Positions 25,330-38,631 of a DNA stretch of 64,000 nt are shown here, piece after piece (within the stretch, counting starts at the first letter, position 1; each line of letters begins with the position of its first letter). Location of the stretch: positions 9,239,875-9,303,874 of the forward strand of contig OZ316891.1 in the NCBI GenBank assembly GCA_973895155.1. The letters are read 5' to 3'. Position numbers and translations under genes: made by a program. Below the pieces are notes generated by a model, which was not told the origin of the DNA, did not search any database, and saw only the letters and a program-made list of their open reading frames with translations. This stretch comes from Marsupella aquatica (lineage: Eukaryota; Plantae; Marchantiophyta).

Positions 25330-25855
25330 GGAGTAAATCTATTAGAAAAAATTACCTTACTCCCCATTTCACAAGACTCTCTGAAGTGTATTTCAATCCC
25401 AACATATTTGGAATGTCATTTGTTTGCCTTAAGAGTCAGCAAAATATTTCCTTGCTGTTTTTTGCAGGAACCAAATGACCAGTACGCTATTCCAAGTTAT
25501 GTGTAGCAACTAGTGTCAAAGAGAACAAGTAGACAGAGATTTACAGAAAGGGCCAAACAAAGTGCAATAGACCAAACAAAAGAGGTCCAATGCTGACAAA
25601 AAACAAACTTAAAAGAAGTGAGCAAAAGGAAACCCCTAAAAACCCAGAAAGAGGCAACAAAACAAAACCAACACAAATGTACCTAGTTACTCATCAAACC
25701 TAGCAAATGTGACAAAAGCTAATGATCCACATGGGGTGTAAAAACTAGTGTGAACCGGACACACCTTTTAGCTTAATTTATTGTTGTGCTTGGTACCAGC
25801 AACCTGGCACAGGTTGGTTGCTCACTGATCACTGCCTCCCAGTTTGCCCTGTGAA

Positions 25856-26595
25856 GCCCGGTTTTCACTGTCGGACAAGATGTGTCCTTGTCCGACAACA
25901 CAAATGACAATTTGTCCGCCCAAAAGTGGCCTATGTGTCCAATATTCCCTTATATTCCCCGGCCGGGACCAAAAATTCCCGGCCCATCCCCGGCCCGGTC
26001 TTGAATTCTCCCGACCCCTCCCGGCCAAGTCCCACCCCGTCCCGACCCTCCCGGCCCGGTTGAAAAGACTCCCGGCCGAGTCCCGGACTTCCCCGGTTAA
26101 GTGAGGCAGCCCCTGGTTTAGGGTCCCGACCTTCCCGGCCCGGCTTGCACTCTCGGCCCGGCTTCCAATTCCCGGCCCTACCTCCCTTCCCGGTCCTCCC
26201 TACCTCCCCTTCCCGGCCCTCTCTCCCCTTCCCGGCCCTCCCTCTCTTCCCGGCCAGGCCTCCTTTCCTGGCCCGGCTCTCCCCTTCCCGGCCCTCCCTC
26301 CTTTCCCGGCCCTACCTCCCCCTCCCGGACCTCCCCCCCTCCCAGCCCAACCCGGCTCTCCCCCCCCCTCCCGGCCCTCCCCACCTGACTCCCGGCCGGC
26401 TCTCCCGACCCCCCCCTCCCGGCCCTCCCCGCCCGACTCCCGGCCGGCTCGACCCCCCCCCCTCCCGGCCCTACCCGGCCAACCCCCCGACCCTTCTCCC
26501 GGCCCGACCCTGTCACCCGGCTGGGATCGACCGGGATGACATATGTCATTTGTCGTCCCAAATCCTCCTATTTGTCTGACAAGTCCAAACCGGGC
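25856..26595. mobile_element. GC-rich non-autonomous TIR element (740 bp) with direct-repeat target duplication
   Basis: Ends GCCCGGTTTtcactgtcggacaa / ttgtctgacaagtccAAACCGGGC; TGTGAA on both flanks (25850-25855, 26596-26601). Interior has many cccggcc motifs and is strongly C-rich on +. Confidence 0.8.
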
Positions 26596-27499
26596 TGTGA
26601 AAACAAATGAAGTATCTCTGAAACAGTTGACTATCTTGCCCAATGCCCTTATGGGTTTTCTTTTGTGTTGGCACTTATTGCGTGCTGTGAAGCCTTAGCT
26701 TAGCAGAAAGTTTGATTCAGCGCCAAGTACAATGCAGGGGATAATGCTGTGGCCGCACACTCACTGCCCGCAGCCCTGTTCCGCAGCCCTGTTCCGCAGC
26801 CCTGTTTGTCCACTGACCACAAAAAGTGTGCGGTTATATTTTCCAAGTGTCAAAAGCAATGAATGAACCCCACTTTTGGGTAGGGTTTGTGTCAAAAGAA
26901 AGTTGCAGCTTACCAGATTTGAACCTAACTCGGCTATTCTACCAATATCCCAACATTTGTTTCACATCTAGCCTCATTCCCACCTTGTACTATTGATATT
27001 GATGTTTGGCAATAGCTTCCCTCGTATCATGCATTAATGTGCATCAGAATTATCAATCATACTAAATGAAGTTTGTCTGGTGAAGTTACGACTCTTGGAT
27101 TCAAATTAATTTTGGTGAGTAATCAATAGAAAATTTTAAATAAATCTTTGTATAGATTTCAAGCCACCTCACTCAGTACCTCACTTGGTAGCAAAAATCT
27201 GCTAAACATTTGTACAGAAAGGACACAATAGTGCCCACACCCAAACATATTTGTAAGAATTGCTAGGAAGTCTAAAATCAGCTGTTCTGTGGAGATTTTA
27301 TATGATCAAAATGTTGTGGGTTGGGTTGCCCTACAAAATCTGTGCACGGTTCCCAAGAAAGCTACAACCACTAGCTTGGGCTCCAGTGCACCTGAGTTGC
27401 AATGGCATCCGCACCAAAATTGGTCCGAGCAAGCCAAATAGTTATTGCCAAAAGTTGGGTTTTAGTCAGGGTCATTGAGGGAAACTTCCCAAGGCAGCT

Positions 27500-27776
27500 G
27501 ACCAAAACACAGGATCTGCTGTGACCAAAACACAGGATCTGCTGCATCTGCTGTGTTTTGGTCCCTAATGCAATCCTGGTTAGTGAAGGAATTAGGGACC
27601 AAAACACAGGATCTTTACTTGTTGTGATACCTCCTGTCACAGAATAGTGCTTGAATGGCACCTGGATTCTCATTTGATATGTGCTGTTTACATAGGCAAT
27701 TGGACACCCAGGGCACCCACCTCCGCACCCACATCCAAAAGATTACCCTAATGCAATCCTGGTTAGTGAAGGAATT
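27500..27776. repeat. Complex of direct and inverted repeats with a perfect 19-bp hairpin
   Basis: gaccaaaacacaggatct x3 direct; ctgtgttttggtccctaat (27551-27569) / attagggaccaaaacacag (27591-27609); 31-bp core duplicated at 27746-27776. Confidence 0.85.
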
Positions 27777-28078
27777 GCAAAGATAAGTAATTATTGTTTA
27801 TTCCAGGAAATAACACAACTCCAAAATACTAAGTCTCTCCTGATTTAGGTTTTTAATTTTAAACATAAGGTACACACTACAAAGTCAGTCTTCGTAATTA
27901 TCAAGATACATAATACATCTATTTTGAGATTTCATTAGCATTTTGAGATAACAAGTTGTCAGTTAGGTCCAAAATTTTAGTAATTATTAATCTATTGAGC
28001 AAACCTGAATGGCACTACTGTATAGTAACCATCAGTTTTGAAAATTAACGAGGAAAACTAAACATAAGTCTGACCAGC

Positions 28079-28138
28079 TGCTGATATGTGGGAAACTTAA
28101 AACTTAATTTCCCACATATCAGCATATTAAGTTTTAAG
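28079..28138. repeat. Perfect interleaved inverted repeats A-B-A'-B'
   Basis: A tgctgatatgtgggaaa (28079-28095), B cttaaaacttaa (28096-28107), A' tttcccacatatcagca (28108-28124), B' ttaagttttaag (28127-28138). Confidence 0.92.
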
Positions 28139-29086
28139 GGACGTGCCTCAAACTATGCCAAACAATGCAATTCATCAGTGAGCTACATAAGCTTTTGTGG
28201 CCTCCATGTGTAGAGCTTGTGTAAATCATATGTGTAGACCTTCTATATTTACTTGTTGGGTGTTCTTTATTTGGACTTACAAATGCCTACTAAGACTCTT
28301 CCTGGATTTCTCTTTCAATGATGGTGATGTAAGGGGGATCTAATGGACTATGGCTAATGTCAAGACGTTTTGTCTTGTGGCCATGTCACAAGGAATGGCA
28401 AAAGATGGGGAGAAAAAATGGGGGGGAACAAGGAATTTATGGCAAAAGATGGGATCAACCTCCAATGTTCATAAACCAGCCCCAAGAGTGAGTGTCTGTT
28501 TCCTTTCTAAGCAATTCTTACTGCAGTGTGGAAGAAATGCACTTCACATTAGAAAAGGGCTAACGAAAGGAACAGTCTCCTAAATTCTCTTCCCTTTCAC
28601 AAATTTGATGCTTGTTCCATAGTAGAAAAGGAGTGGACCCGGACTGATGTCTAGCTCAAACAGAAAATTCCATGCATCCTGACCCATACGACCCAGCAGC
28701 GATAAGGTAAAAAGATATATGGGGTTGATACCCTTTCAGCTGCTCGAGAAGAGATTTGGGACAAAGTATTCTTTTGGAGAGAAGCTTGCCATCGATCTCG
28801 TTAGGGAAAAGAGAAGAATCTGTCACAGAAAATTCCTCTAGTGGGGCAAGGTAGGAAAGTTTCGCGAGGGTCTTAAACATCTGAATCTCGCATTGAAGGC
28901 TAGAATTTCTCAGAACACCACACTGAATTCGGCATGCAGCTCACGTAGTAGCCACCGGTACATACACACAAAGGAGAGAGACATAGAGATCATAGAAGTT
29001 TACTGTAGAGGGAAAGCGGATTGAACATGCTGGAGTTTTTGCAATCATACACTGCAGAGTGAGAGGGGACCATTTCTCGATACGAA

Positions 29087-32000
29087 ATGTTGTCTTCCGT
29101 AGTGTGCTGCTCGTCAAGTCAGTCATGCTCTCCTCTCTCATTATCTGCTGCAAGTCCCAGAATTCAGGATGAGAATGGAAACCGTTCTTCAGCTAGATTT
29201 GGCCTCAGGAAAGGATCTTCCATCCATTCCTCACGGCTGATTGGAAATGAGCTTGTTGTGTTTGAGTCTCGACGCCATGGTGGAGTCTCGAGCAATGGGA
29301 AATGGAGTCGTTCGTCTGCGGTTTGCTCCACCGCATCTCCACCTGCAACGCCAACTCCACCTGCCACAAAGTCTCGGACGCAGGTGCTCCCTCCTGTACT
29401 GTTTGTTGATATCTAATTTGCTGAGCTTTCTGGCTCGCAACATTCTCATGATACAGCTGGCTAGCAACGTAGCCTTTGGAGTGTCTCTAAACTTTTCCGT
29501 AAGTTCCGAAATTGGTTGGATTAGCGTATTGGGGAACTAACAGTAAGAAGCAAATTTTGGGTTGGAGCGGTACAAAATTTGAAGCTTATCTACCAATTCC
29601 TGATTCCTAATGCCCCTGTCCATTATGACCGGAGGAGTGACCGTAGTTGGGTGATGTCATCCTCACTTACAGAGGCAGTAGGTTTGGACTGGAAGTCTTC
29701 AATTGCTGCAATTAAATGCCTCAGGTGTACATAATGTGCCGTCGCTTGGGTTGGATCGAAATCTTCCACGCTGTTTTAAATTGCTTCCAAGTTCCCTTCT
29801 CCGGTTTACAGTTTTTGGGGAGATGGCTTGCCATGCGAGGTAGCACCGGGATATGGCAACGATGGAGAATTCACCCAGGACTATCCCACTTGACAGGACT
29901 TTTCTTGTCGCCTCCACTGAAAGTTCACAGTTAGAGGATATTCGTTCTGAAAAGCTCTGTAATGATTTGCAGCGGATAATGGAAAGCCTACCGAGAACTG
30001 AAGAAGCAGGAGGTGCAGGAGGGACGTCTTCATATCAAGCACTGAAGCGTGCAGATGTGCAATGGGAGAGGATGCGGAACTCTGGGACAGGTAGGAAGTC
30101 AGGCACCCGTTGATGTGATAATCAGAACTCCTTCCCTGCAGGGTTTTAGTTCAGCATCTCAATATCACTTGAAAGCAGTCACCATCATAACTGGCATGCA
30201 AGCGGAGACAATGCATAGGCAGGGAAGGTTGAATTTTGGGCCAATCACAGAAATAGAACAACTCTTAGGTACACAGGGGTAGCTTTTCAAATATCAAACC
30301 AGATGACATTTCTCAACCTTGCACTTCGTTGAAAAAAATCAACTTGAAAGATCAAATCAATGTGCATGGCAATTCTATTTGTTTTAACGAACGCATTTTT
30401 CAGCACTAAAGGTGATCATGAGTGAGTTTCCTGCGCCTTTCCTGATTTCCGAAAATTGCATGAAGGAACGTATTCCCTGATTGGGAAGTGGAAAGGTATA
30501 GGTTCGACGATTAAGAGTCGAGGTTTAAGAGTGCCAACATTCTGGTCTATTCCTTGAGTGAGTTTTTTTAAGCTCCGAGAACTTGTGGACTGATTGAATG
30601 TCAGCATTTGCATTGGAGGGAACAGATCTTGGACCTGCTCCGGAAGTAGTAAGACGATTACAAGGCCAAAGTTCCCCAGCTAAAGAGTCCTCTACTCCCA
30701 CTGATCTGTACGATGCTGTCGTCTGTGGTGGTACTTTGGGTGTATTCGTTGCCACTGCTCTTGCTCTAAGAGGGTGTAAGGTGGCTATCGTTGAAAGAGG
30801 TCAACTTCGAGGGGTATGCACTCCCACATTTACTTAGCGGGCCACTGAAAAGTTCTCCATTTTGAGTACAATTGAACCTTTTCGAGTGGTACATTTAGAC
30901 GATAGTGGATGCTGGGACCATTTGCATCTTGCTTGCAGAATATTTAATTCACTTAAGATATACTTTAGATATGCGACTCAGCATCTACTCTTTATACTTC
31001 TCTACACTTGCCAAATGATTGTGACCCTTAGAGTGGGGAGAACTTATTCTTTGACCTTTCTGTGTCCTCAGCGACAGCAAGAATGGAACATATCAAGGAA
31101 GGAATTGGATGAACTCGTGAAGATGGGTCTGCTCAATGCTCAGGAGGTCGAGGAAGTTACAACAAGCGAATTTAATCCAGTAAGTTCTGTCCCACTACGC
31201 TGATTGGTATACTTTATTTTATCTATAGGGAGCTCGGAGGATCTAGAGATGACTCTAACGAAAATGCAATGTCTTCTTCTCTCGGAAATATATTTTCTAT
31301 GCACCTTCAAGTGTAAGTTGACGAGTTGGTGGAACCGAATTCTTCCGGCATAAAAATTATCCAAAGCTACATTGACATATGAAGCAATTGATAATGTCGT
31401 CGTGCTCTTAAACTTGGGCACGGAAACCAAGTTAGAGAAGCCAGTAAATGTTCAATGACTCGGGGAATGCCAATTTGACTGTTCATGCATGTTCTGTTCT
31501 TCAGAATCGAGTTGGATTCGGTGGGGGTCCAGAAATTTGGGTCACAGACGTTCTCAATTTGGGTGTATCGTAAGTTCTGCTCTTTGCTGCTTGCTTCCGC
31601 AAGTTTCTTTTAATGAGAATGCATTTCTTCAGTGAAATTAGGTTGCGCTCAAAACTATAATAACTCATGAACCTGTTCCCTATGACAGGCCAGCAAAACT
31701 CATTGAGATTGTTAAACAGCGGTTTCTTAGTGCTGGGGGAACAATTCTTGAAGGTATCGGCCTTTCAAAGGTGGATGTCTTTGATGATGAGGCGGTATGC
31801 TGTTCTTCCAAGCCTGCATTCTCCTGGAACGTCTTACTTAATAAATTGGTCTCGGCCTTATCACCTGTTAAACCTGTCACGGCAGCTGTAATTGGTGCAA
31901 GCTCAAGCAAATTGTGAACACTTGCAGATCACTTTACTGGATAACAAGCAATCTATCAGGTCAAGACTTATTCTTGACGTTATGGGAAATGCGTCCCCAA

Positions 32001-35000
32001 TAGTAAGACAGGTTAGTCCCTCCTCGTCTCTGCCCAACTTGAATTATTTCACTCAATTTCCTGACATGTATATTAGGAATAATGTTCATGTTGTATATTA
32101 ACCCTGAACAATTCTGGATTGTTCTGTGACCGGAGCCAGATGATTTCCAGAGATAGTACCTATGCAATGCATGTCCTCTGGATGGAGATTCATTTCTATT
32201 TTCTACAATGGGAATGATCGTTTTTGGTGCTGGAAATTGACAATAGGTAAGATGGGGACAGCGCCCTGATGGAATATGCTTGGTAGTAGGAAGTTGTGCA
32301 CACGGGTTTGAAAGTAACACCACTAGCGATGTCATTTTCACGACCACGCCGGTGACTGAGATTGGTAACTCTAAGCTTCAATATTTTTTCGAGGTAACTT
32401 CTTCATTCTGTTAAATAACTTTCACTCGCAAGGCGTTTCAGTCATGGCCATTTATGTTTTGAATCATTTTGTTTGTAGACAAGCAGACATGATTGCTAAC
32501 CAAGTTGAGCACCTATGGATACAGGCCTTTCCGGCAGGCTCTGGACCCAAAGATAGGACCACCTATCTTTTCACATACATAGATGCAACACCTAGTCGTC
32601 CTTCTTTGGAAGAGTTACTGGAGGCATATTGGGATCTCATGCCCAACTATCAGGTATTCTAGAACAGCATTCACTTCCTGATCCATTTGCAACTGCTTCG
32701 AAGTCGGGATGCATGTATGCCTGATGCTCGGTTCTCTGCAACTTCCAACAGAAGCTCCCTTGTCTATAGTATTGTGGTTTGAGAACATAGTCTAGGAGCT
32801 TCATAAAATGCCTGGACTTTCGTCAGTGAGTAGAAATGTGGAACTACTTCGTTTGTTCAGTACTAGAAGCCGACTGGCGGAATTCACTTAGCTTTTCTAA
32901 GGGCCGTACCAGAGCAGTACAATATTTTTAGGAAACTAAGTTTGTTATGGTTGTGCACAGGGTGTGAAACTGGAGGATCTGAAATTCCTACAAGTGTTAC
33001 ATGGTTGCTTTCCTACATATCGGAAAAGGTTAGCGTCAGGCTATGAACTTCAATAACTTCAAGTGATCATTAGAAATCTAATTTGTGCTCATCCTGGTTA
33101 CTTATCACTTCCTGGATTCATGTCTAGAATGTCAGGTTCCAATTCCGGCACCTGTTTTTGGGTCTTGTCATGCAAGATGATGATGTAAATTTGATACCAA
33201 TTATTTCCCAGGCTGGTCTTGCAAGTATTTGTAAGTTCCCCGTGGTTGTTGTTGCTAGTTTAAAATAGGAAAAGCTGAGAATGGTAGTTGACGATACCTC
33301 TGCTTTAGTTTTGTTGATATTTGAAAGGCCCCTCTCTCCATTAAACTCTGCTACTTGCCATTTTAAACTCGATATGGATCATAGATATCCAGGTTCCTTA
33401 GGTTGTTAAGTCAACAGTGTGTTTGTGTCCAATGAATATTTTCTGGAGCAGTCAGTTATTCACTTATGTCTAATATTGTCTAAAAATGGCGAATCAGAGC
33501 ATAGTTTTTCTTCATGTTTGTTGTGACGGATACGTTCCAGCAAATGCAACGAGTGATCTCTCTATATCATCTGCCCTGAATTCAAGTTTTTGTACAGCAA
33601 CATAAGATTCTGACAAAACCGACTTGGAACATTGCAGCCCTTTGCCTTCATCTTTTGATCGTGTCCTGCAGGTAACTATTGCCTCGGAAACTTTAGTGGA
33701 TGCAACATTGTATTGGGAACAAGCTCTTGTGTCAATCGCAGTTTTATATCTCTCCAGTTGCTGAAAATAACCCCAAGGCCTTCCAACGTGCAGATAGGTG
33801 ATGCAAGTGGGATTCAATCACCTCTATCGTTTGGTGGCTTTGGCAGTCTTACTCGACATTTGCATAGACTCACCGATGGTACTCTCCAGGGCCTAACTTG
33901 CTTCCACTTGGTGTTACTTTTCTTGTTGGACAAGCAGTTGTAAACGTCTTTGAAAGGTCTTACAATCACGTCCATGTCGAATTTTGAAAATTTCCTTCAA
34001 GTTGTGCCCATTCCGTCTTGGATGTTTACATGATCTACCCGAATTGATTTGTAGTTGCAACTCTATTTTGCAGGACTCGTTGATGCTCTTGACGGAAACT
34101 TCCTGGATAGAAAGAGCCTCTCTCTTCTTAATCCGTACATGGTAATAAGGTAGCCTTTGAAATGATCATGAAAACGTGTGATGTAGCTACTGATTTTGGC
34201 GTGACAAAGGCCCTTCTTACACATTCCAAAATTGCTAGTGTCTCTAATATTCTGCCTTCCTGTGAGAGCATCCTTGATTTTATTTATTTATTCCTTTCTG
34301 CTAACTCCATGTACAAAATTAGGCTCAGTCAAAAATCCCGTACCACCAACCCGAGATTGTTTAAAATGTTTCGCAGCCCAATTTGAGCGGAGCTTGGCTT
34401 CTACAAAGGTCCATGTCTGTGCCACCAGGAGGGAATCCACCACCGGACTTCATAAATGACCTTCTCTCGACAAACTTCAAGTCTATGGAGGTATGTTGGA
34501 AAGGTCCACTTGGATTCCTAAAATTATTACTTATTTGTACAATTCTATATCTATACTCTCATCTGATTTGCTTCTGATTTCTGGATGATGAGGTTTTCTC
34601 ACTCTAACTGTACCTAATATGTATGCTTGGTCACAAGTTGTATCCTCCGAGACTGACTTCTTAATGTTCTCAGAGACTTGGGGATCCTGTTCTGCGGCCC
34701 TTCTTACAGGTTTGTTTCAAATAATTTCTGGAATGGAATTTGTTGGACTTGAGGGGGAGAGATAGTCAGTTTCTGATCACAGATGATCTAATCCTTTCCC
34801 AGTCGTTCTCCAACTGTTCTATCAGTCTCCTGTTGAATTTCATGGAGTGGTGAAACTGGCAAATGTTTCTACTGTGCATGTAGTTCTTACTTCTCGAATA
34901 TTTGAAGGGAAACCCAACCCCCAGCTGCCCCTACCCATATATTCAAGTGTGTCCGTGACAGTTTTTCGGAAATCTAGTCGAGCGAGAGTACGCGTTCTCA

Positions 35001-35942
35001 ATATTAGAATTTTTGTCGTGTGACGAACAGGATATTGTCCAGTTTGGTCCTTTGGCTCGAACTATGGGCTCTATGATGGTGCGCAATCCCAGGATCTTGC
35101 CAACTATTTTCGGGCAGGTTGTTAAATCTTTCGCACCTCTCCCTCATTCTCTGGCGTGGAATGGTTCTAGCTCAAAGACTACAGCAGACGCTATACGAAT
35201 ACAGTTTTTCGTGTTCAAGAAGTTTTCAGATTTGGTTATCTTCTTGGTTCTACATGTTGTTGCTTTGAATATTTTTTATCGAAATGTTTTGTGCTGTCAT
35301 TGATTATATAATTGGTAACTCATTATTCCTATGTCTACTAGGAAGTGCATCAAGTTCGTGATGTTCAGGCTTTAAGAAAAACATCTTTACACTCATATGC
35401 TTTGCTGAACACAAGCACACACACTGTACACTGCTAATTGGATGGCCCGTGTTGAATGAATTCCTTCCTCCAGGTTGGGTTGGTGCCATTGTTTGACTGG
35501 CTTATCCACTTTGTTGCATTGGGCTGGTACACATTTCTTGCAGCTGTGGTTTCACCAAGACTACGGTAAATAAGCAGTGGATTTAAGTATACCTCGTTGT
35601 CATTTAGAGTCCCCGAAAGCCAATTAGCTTTAGCATGGATGTTTTTGCCTTGTTGCGATTCTATGTGTCATATTATGAGTGTTGCATGTGGGAAGTAGGC
35701 AGGACGGATTGGGATTGCCGTGCACTGTTTCCCTGGACAATGTTTTGATCAAAATTGCCACCTTGAGGGTGGTGTCTTGGTTTCTCAGATTAGAGATACC
35801 CATTGACAAAAATGAACTGTCTTTGGCTCTTAGGACATGGGTGAATGGCCTCAACAAGCATCAACAATTTATCTGGAAGCGACGATTTGAGGCGTGGGAA
35901 TATGGGTCTGGTTTAGATTACACTAATTTATTGGAATCATAG
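29087..35942 (+). CDS. cruP: CruP-type lycopene cyclase paralog (FAD-dependent oxidoreductase, plastid transit peptide), ~18 exons
   Basis: Ser-rich N-terminus (exon 29087-29383); SRTQ|RIMESL..EAGGAGG (exon from 29973); Rossmann motif YDAVVCGGTLG..VAIVERG (30626-30813); QQEWNISRKEL; DVMGNASPIVRQ; RPDGICLVVGSCA; AFPAGSGP; IGDASGIQSPLSFGGFGSLTRH; PFLQDIVQF; last exon 35834-35942 WKRRFEAWEYGSGLDY. All junctions inspected are GT-AG. Confidence 0.9.
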
Positions 35943-38300
35943 TTTGTGAGGTAAATTTCCGGTGTAAAAATGCTTTTAGGGTTAGAGAATGACTCTTCGC
36001 ATCAGGAAATCTGTTGATCATGAATTTCATCTCTTGCACTGAGTCCAGTGGCCACTAAGTATGTATGTCAGCACTGAGCCTAGATGTTAGATACAAATAG
36101 AGTTAGTGGTCTCTTTCTATGTAGCTCTAGTGTACAACATAAAATATCACGAATTGAGACTTTTACGCCACTACTCCAGTGCCAACAGTGTCGCCAAGAG
36201 CTCTTGAGCACAAGTACTATGCATTCTGGCTATCAAATTTTCGTTTGTACTATTCTAGCACTGTCATAAGAACTTTTTGGACTGTGTGTCCGTTGGTGAG
36301 TATCCCATCCAACGTCCACCTCACTCCATTGTGGAGCGTATTCTCATTATTGTCACCAAAAGTTTTCTAAACCAGTTGGTCGAACATTTGAATCATACTC
36401 AGCTTGCCATCCTACATTGAGAGGATGACTGCGCTGGCATGTAGTTTCAAGGGTGTTGTACTCAATAACTACACAAAAGTAGGTTGTAGTGGTCACAGAT
36501 AGTGACTCAAACATTTAATCCAGGAGACGTTATGGAGCATTAAGCTTTTGCTCAAAATCATATGATAAGAACAGACCGAAGTGCAAGGAAACGAAGTTCT
36601 TACGTGAGTGTGCCAGGTGGTAAGGACATGAAAGGTGCGGTACATTCCACGTATACTGAAGTACAAGACTAGGCGTCTAGGCACCACCATACTCCAGATA
36701 AGCCCCAACCTGACTTGCAAGTCAAAAGCAGCCCAAATAGCACAATGACTATATCGATGACTTGCATACAACGGTATGGAAGATCTCCTGTACATAGAGA
36801 ATTCAGGAGAAGTCATTCTTTAGAGGAATATCTCAGTTGTAACATACAGATGATAGCAAAGATTTTGGGTCTTTGTCCATTCTATCGGGAAAATATCTAA
36901 CGTTGACACCGACTTCAGTGCATATTTGGAAGAGCACAAATTCTCCAAAGTGTATTCAAGCCATGGAGAGTTGGAGAGGTGGAATTCAGCCGTGAAATCG
37001 CTGTCTGATAAGGCCAAACAAATCATTCATGAGTTTCAGCTGGTAAAATGCAACAAGAAAAAGAACAAAGCCAAAAATGGGATAGCCCATCAAGACATGA
37101 TACAATTGAAGGGCCATATAACATGAGCCCGGAGGACATCCACCAACCGAGCAAAAGAAATGTGTGCTCAAAGAAAGCATCATGAGTAGAGTTGAGAAAA
37201 TGCCAGTGCTCGTTCAGGTCTCTTCGTCATTGACCTTCATTTTCCAAGGAAGACAAAAAGCTCGGCTAAATGGCCGAAAGTAGTTTACATGTTTCTCCAT
37301 ATACATTTCTTACCACACTATCCCATCCACTCCCAATAAACTTTCGAACAGAAGCAATTTGAATCAAGTCACCAGGGTGAGGGGTTAGTGTACGAGATCC
37401 CAAATTTGCAGAGCACATAGGTCCAACAAAATCATAAGGACATAGGTCCAACCTTGGCTTTTCACCATACATTATATGTACGAAACTGTCCTTATGTGAC
37501 CACATGTTGGTCTTCTTTACACCAAAGGACCAGTTAGGGAAGGAGATCTACTATGCAGAATTTTGAGATCCACCTCTAAACCGTTCCTATTTTTTATTTT
37601 ATGTCTAAGCATTCTGGCTTTGAATAACTACACAATTTTGTCCAATACCTACTTTCTATATCATTAGTGATGTGTGCCCTTCACAGAGTAAAAAGAAGCG
37701 CATGTACATTTTTTTAACCTAAAAAGCGGGCTTAAGTGAAAACTGTGTCATTTTTCAAAATCAAAACGCTTAGACATGAGAAACCAGTTCTCATGGTAGT
37801 CTTGATGTATAACGAAACTCCTCAAGAAACAACTCCTCCATGAATTGACTCGAAAGACATATGAGCCGTAAGTACTTGCAAGTACAATCATGAGAGTAGA
37901 TATTGGCTCACTCTTATATAATTGTCTTTCATTATGTTTTGTCACTCCATGGAGGAGTATTGTATCGAGACAAATTTACACATGCTCTTTCCAGATCTTT
38001 GAATTGGTTTTGTAAACGGGGGCAATACTGACATATATGTCTGAAAATCTCACTCCTCCATAGGGGACATAATTAAGTGACAGGTGACTGACTACGATGA
38101 CAGCATCAATTGGAGGGGAAATGCGGTACTCGAGCGGTTTCTCAAACCGAGACGAAATTGTTTAGAAGGCTTGGCTTGAAAATAAGCGCCGGAAGCCTAA
38201 GATGGCAGAGCACTGGCAAATAGGAGCAGAAGGGTTGAAGTCCGTGAACTGCAAAAGTGTCTAAGCAGAAGTACACATTCCATCACGTCAATATAGGTGC

Positions 38301-38631
38301 AATTTAGTGTCCACGGGAACAGACAGACAAAAAAGTTACAAAGACTCCCACATGCAACGGCGACCAGGCCGATGAATAAAATGTAAGAACTGTCATCTCC
38401 ATGATGTCCAGCTTCGGACAACAAATCAAAGCTCGGCGGTGATCGACAACCAGGGCCTCCTTGGAGAGGGACATGAGGCACAAACGGGCTAAAAGAACAC
38501 ACATAAGTATGGGTGAAATTTACTGTCCCCGGGAACGGACAGACGACAAAGTTAAAAGTAATCCCAATGCAACAAAGACCAGGCTGACGAATAAATTGTA
38601 AGAATGTCAGTCATCTTCATGATGTCCAGCT
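38301..38631. repeat. Diverged direct duplication (~113 bp, 216-bp period)
   Basis: aattta.tgtcc.cgggaac.gacagac...atgcaac...gaccaggc...gaataaa.tgtaagaa...catgatgtccagct at 38301 and 38517. Confidence 0.85.

Noticed and set aside
26145-26643. Pro-rich and Gly/Arg-rich ORFs
   Set aside because: Low-complexity translations of the C-rich interior of the TIR element.
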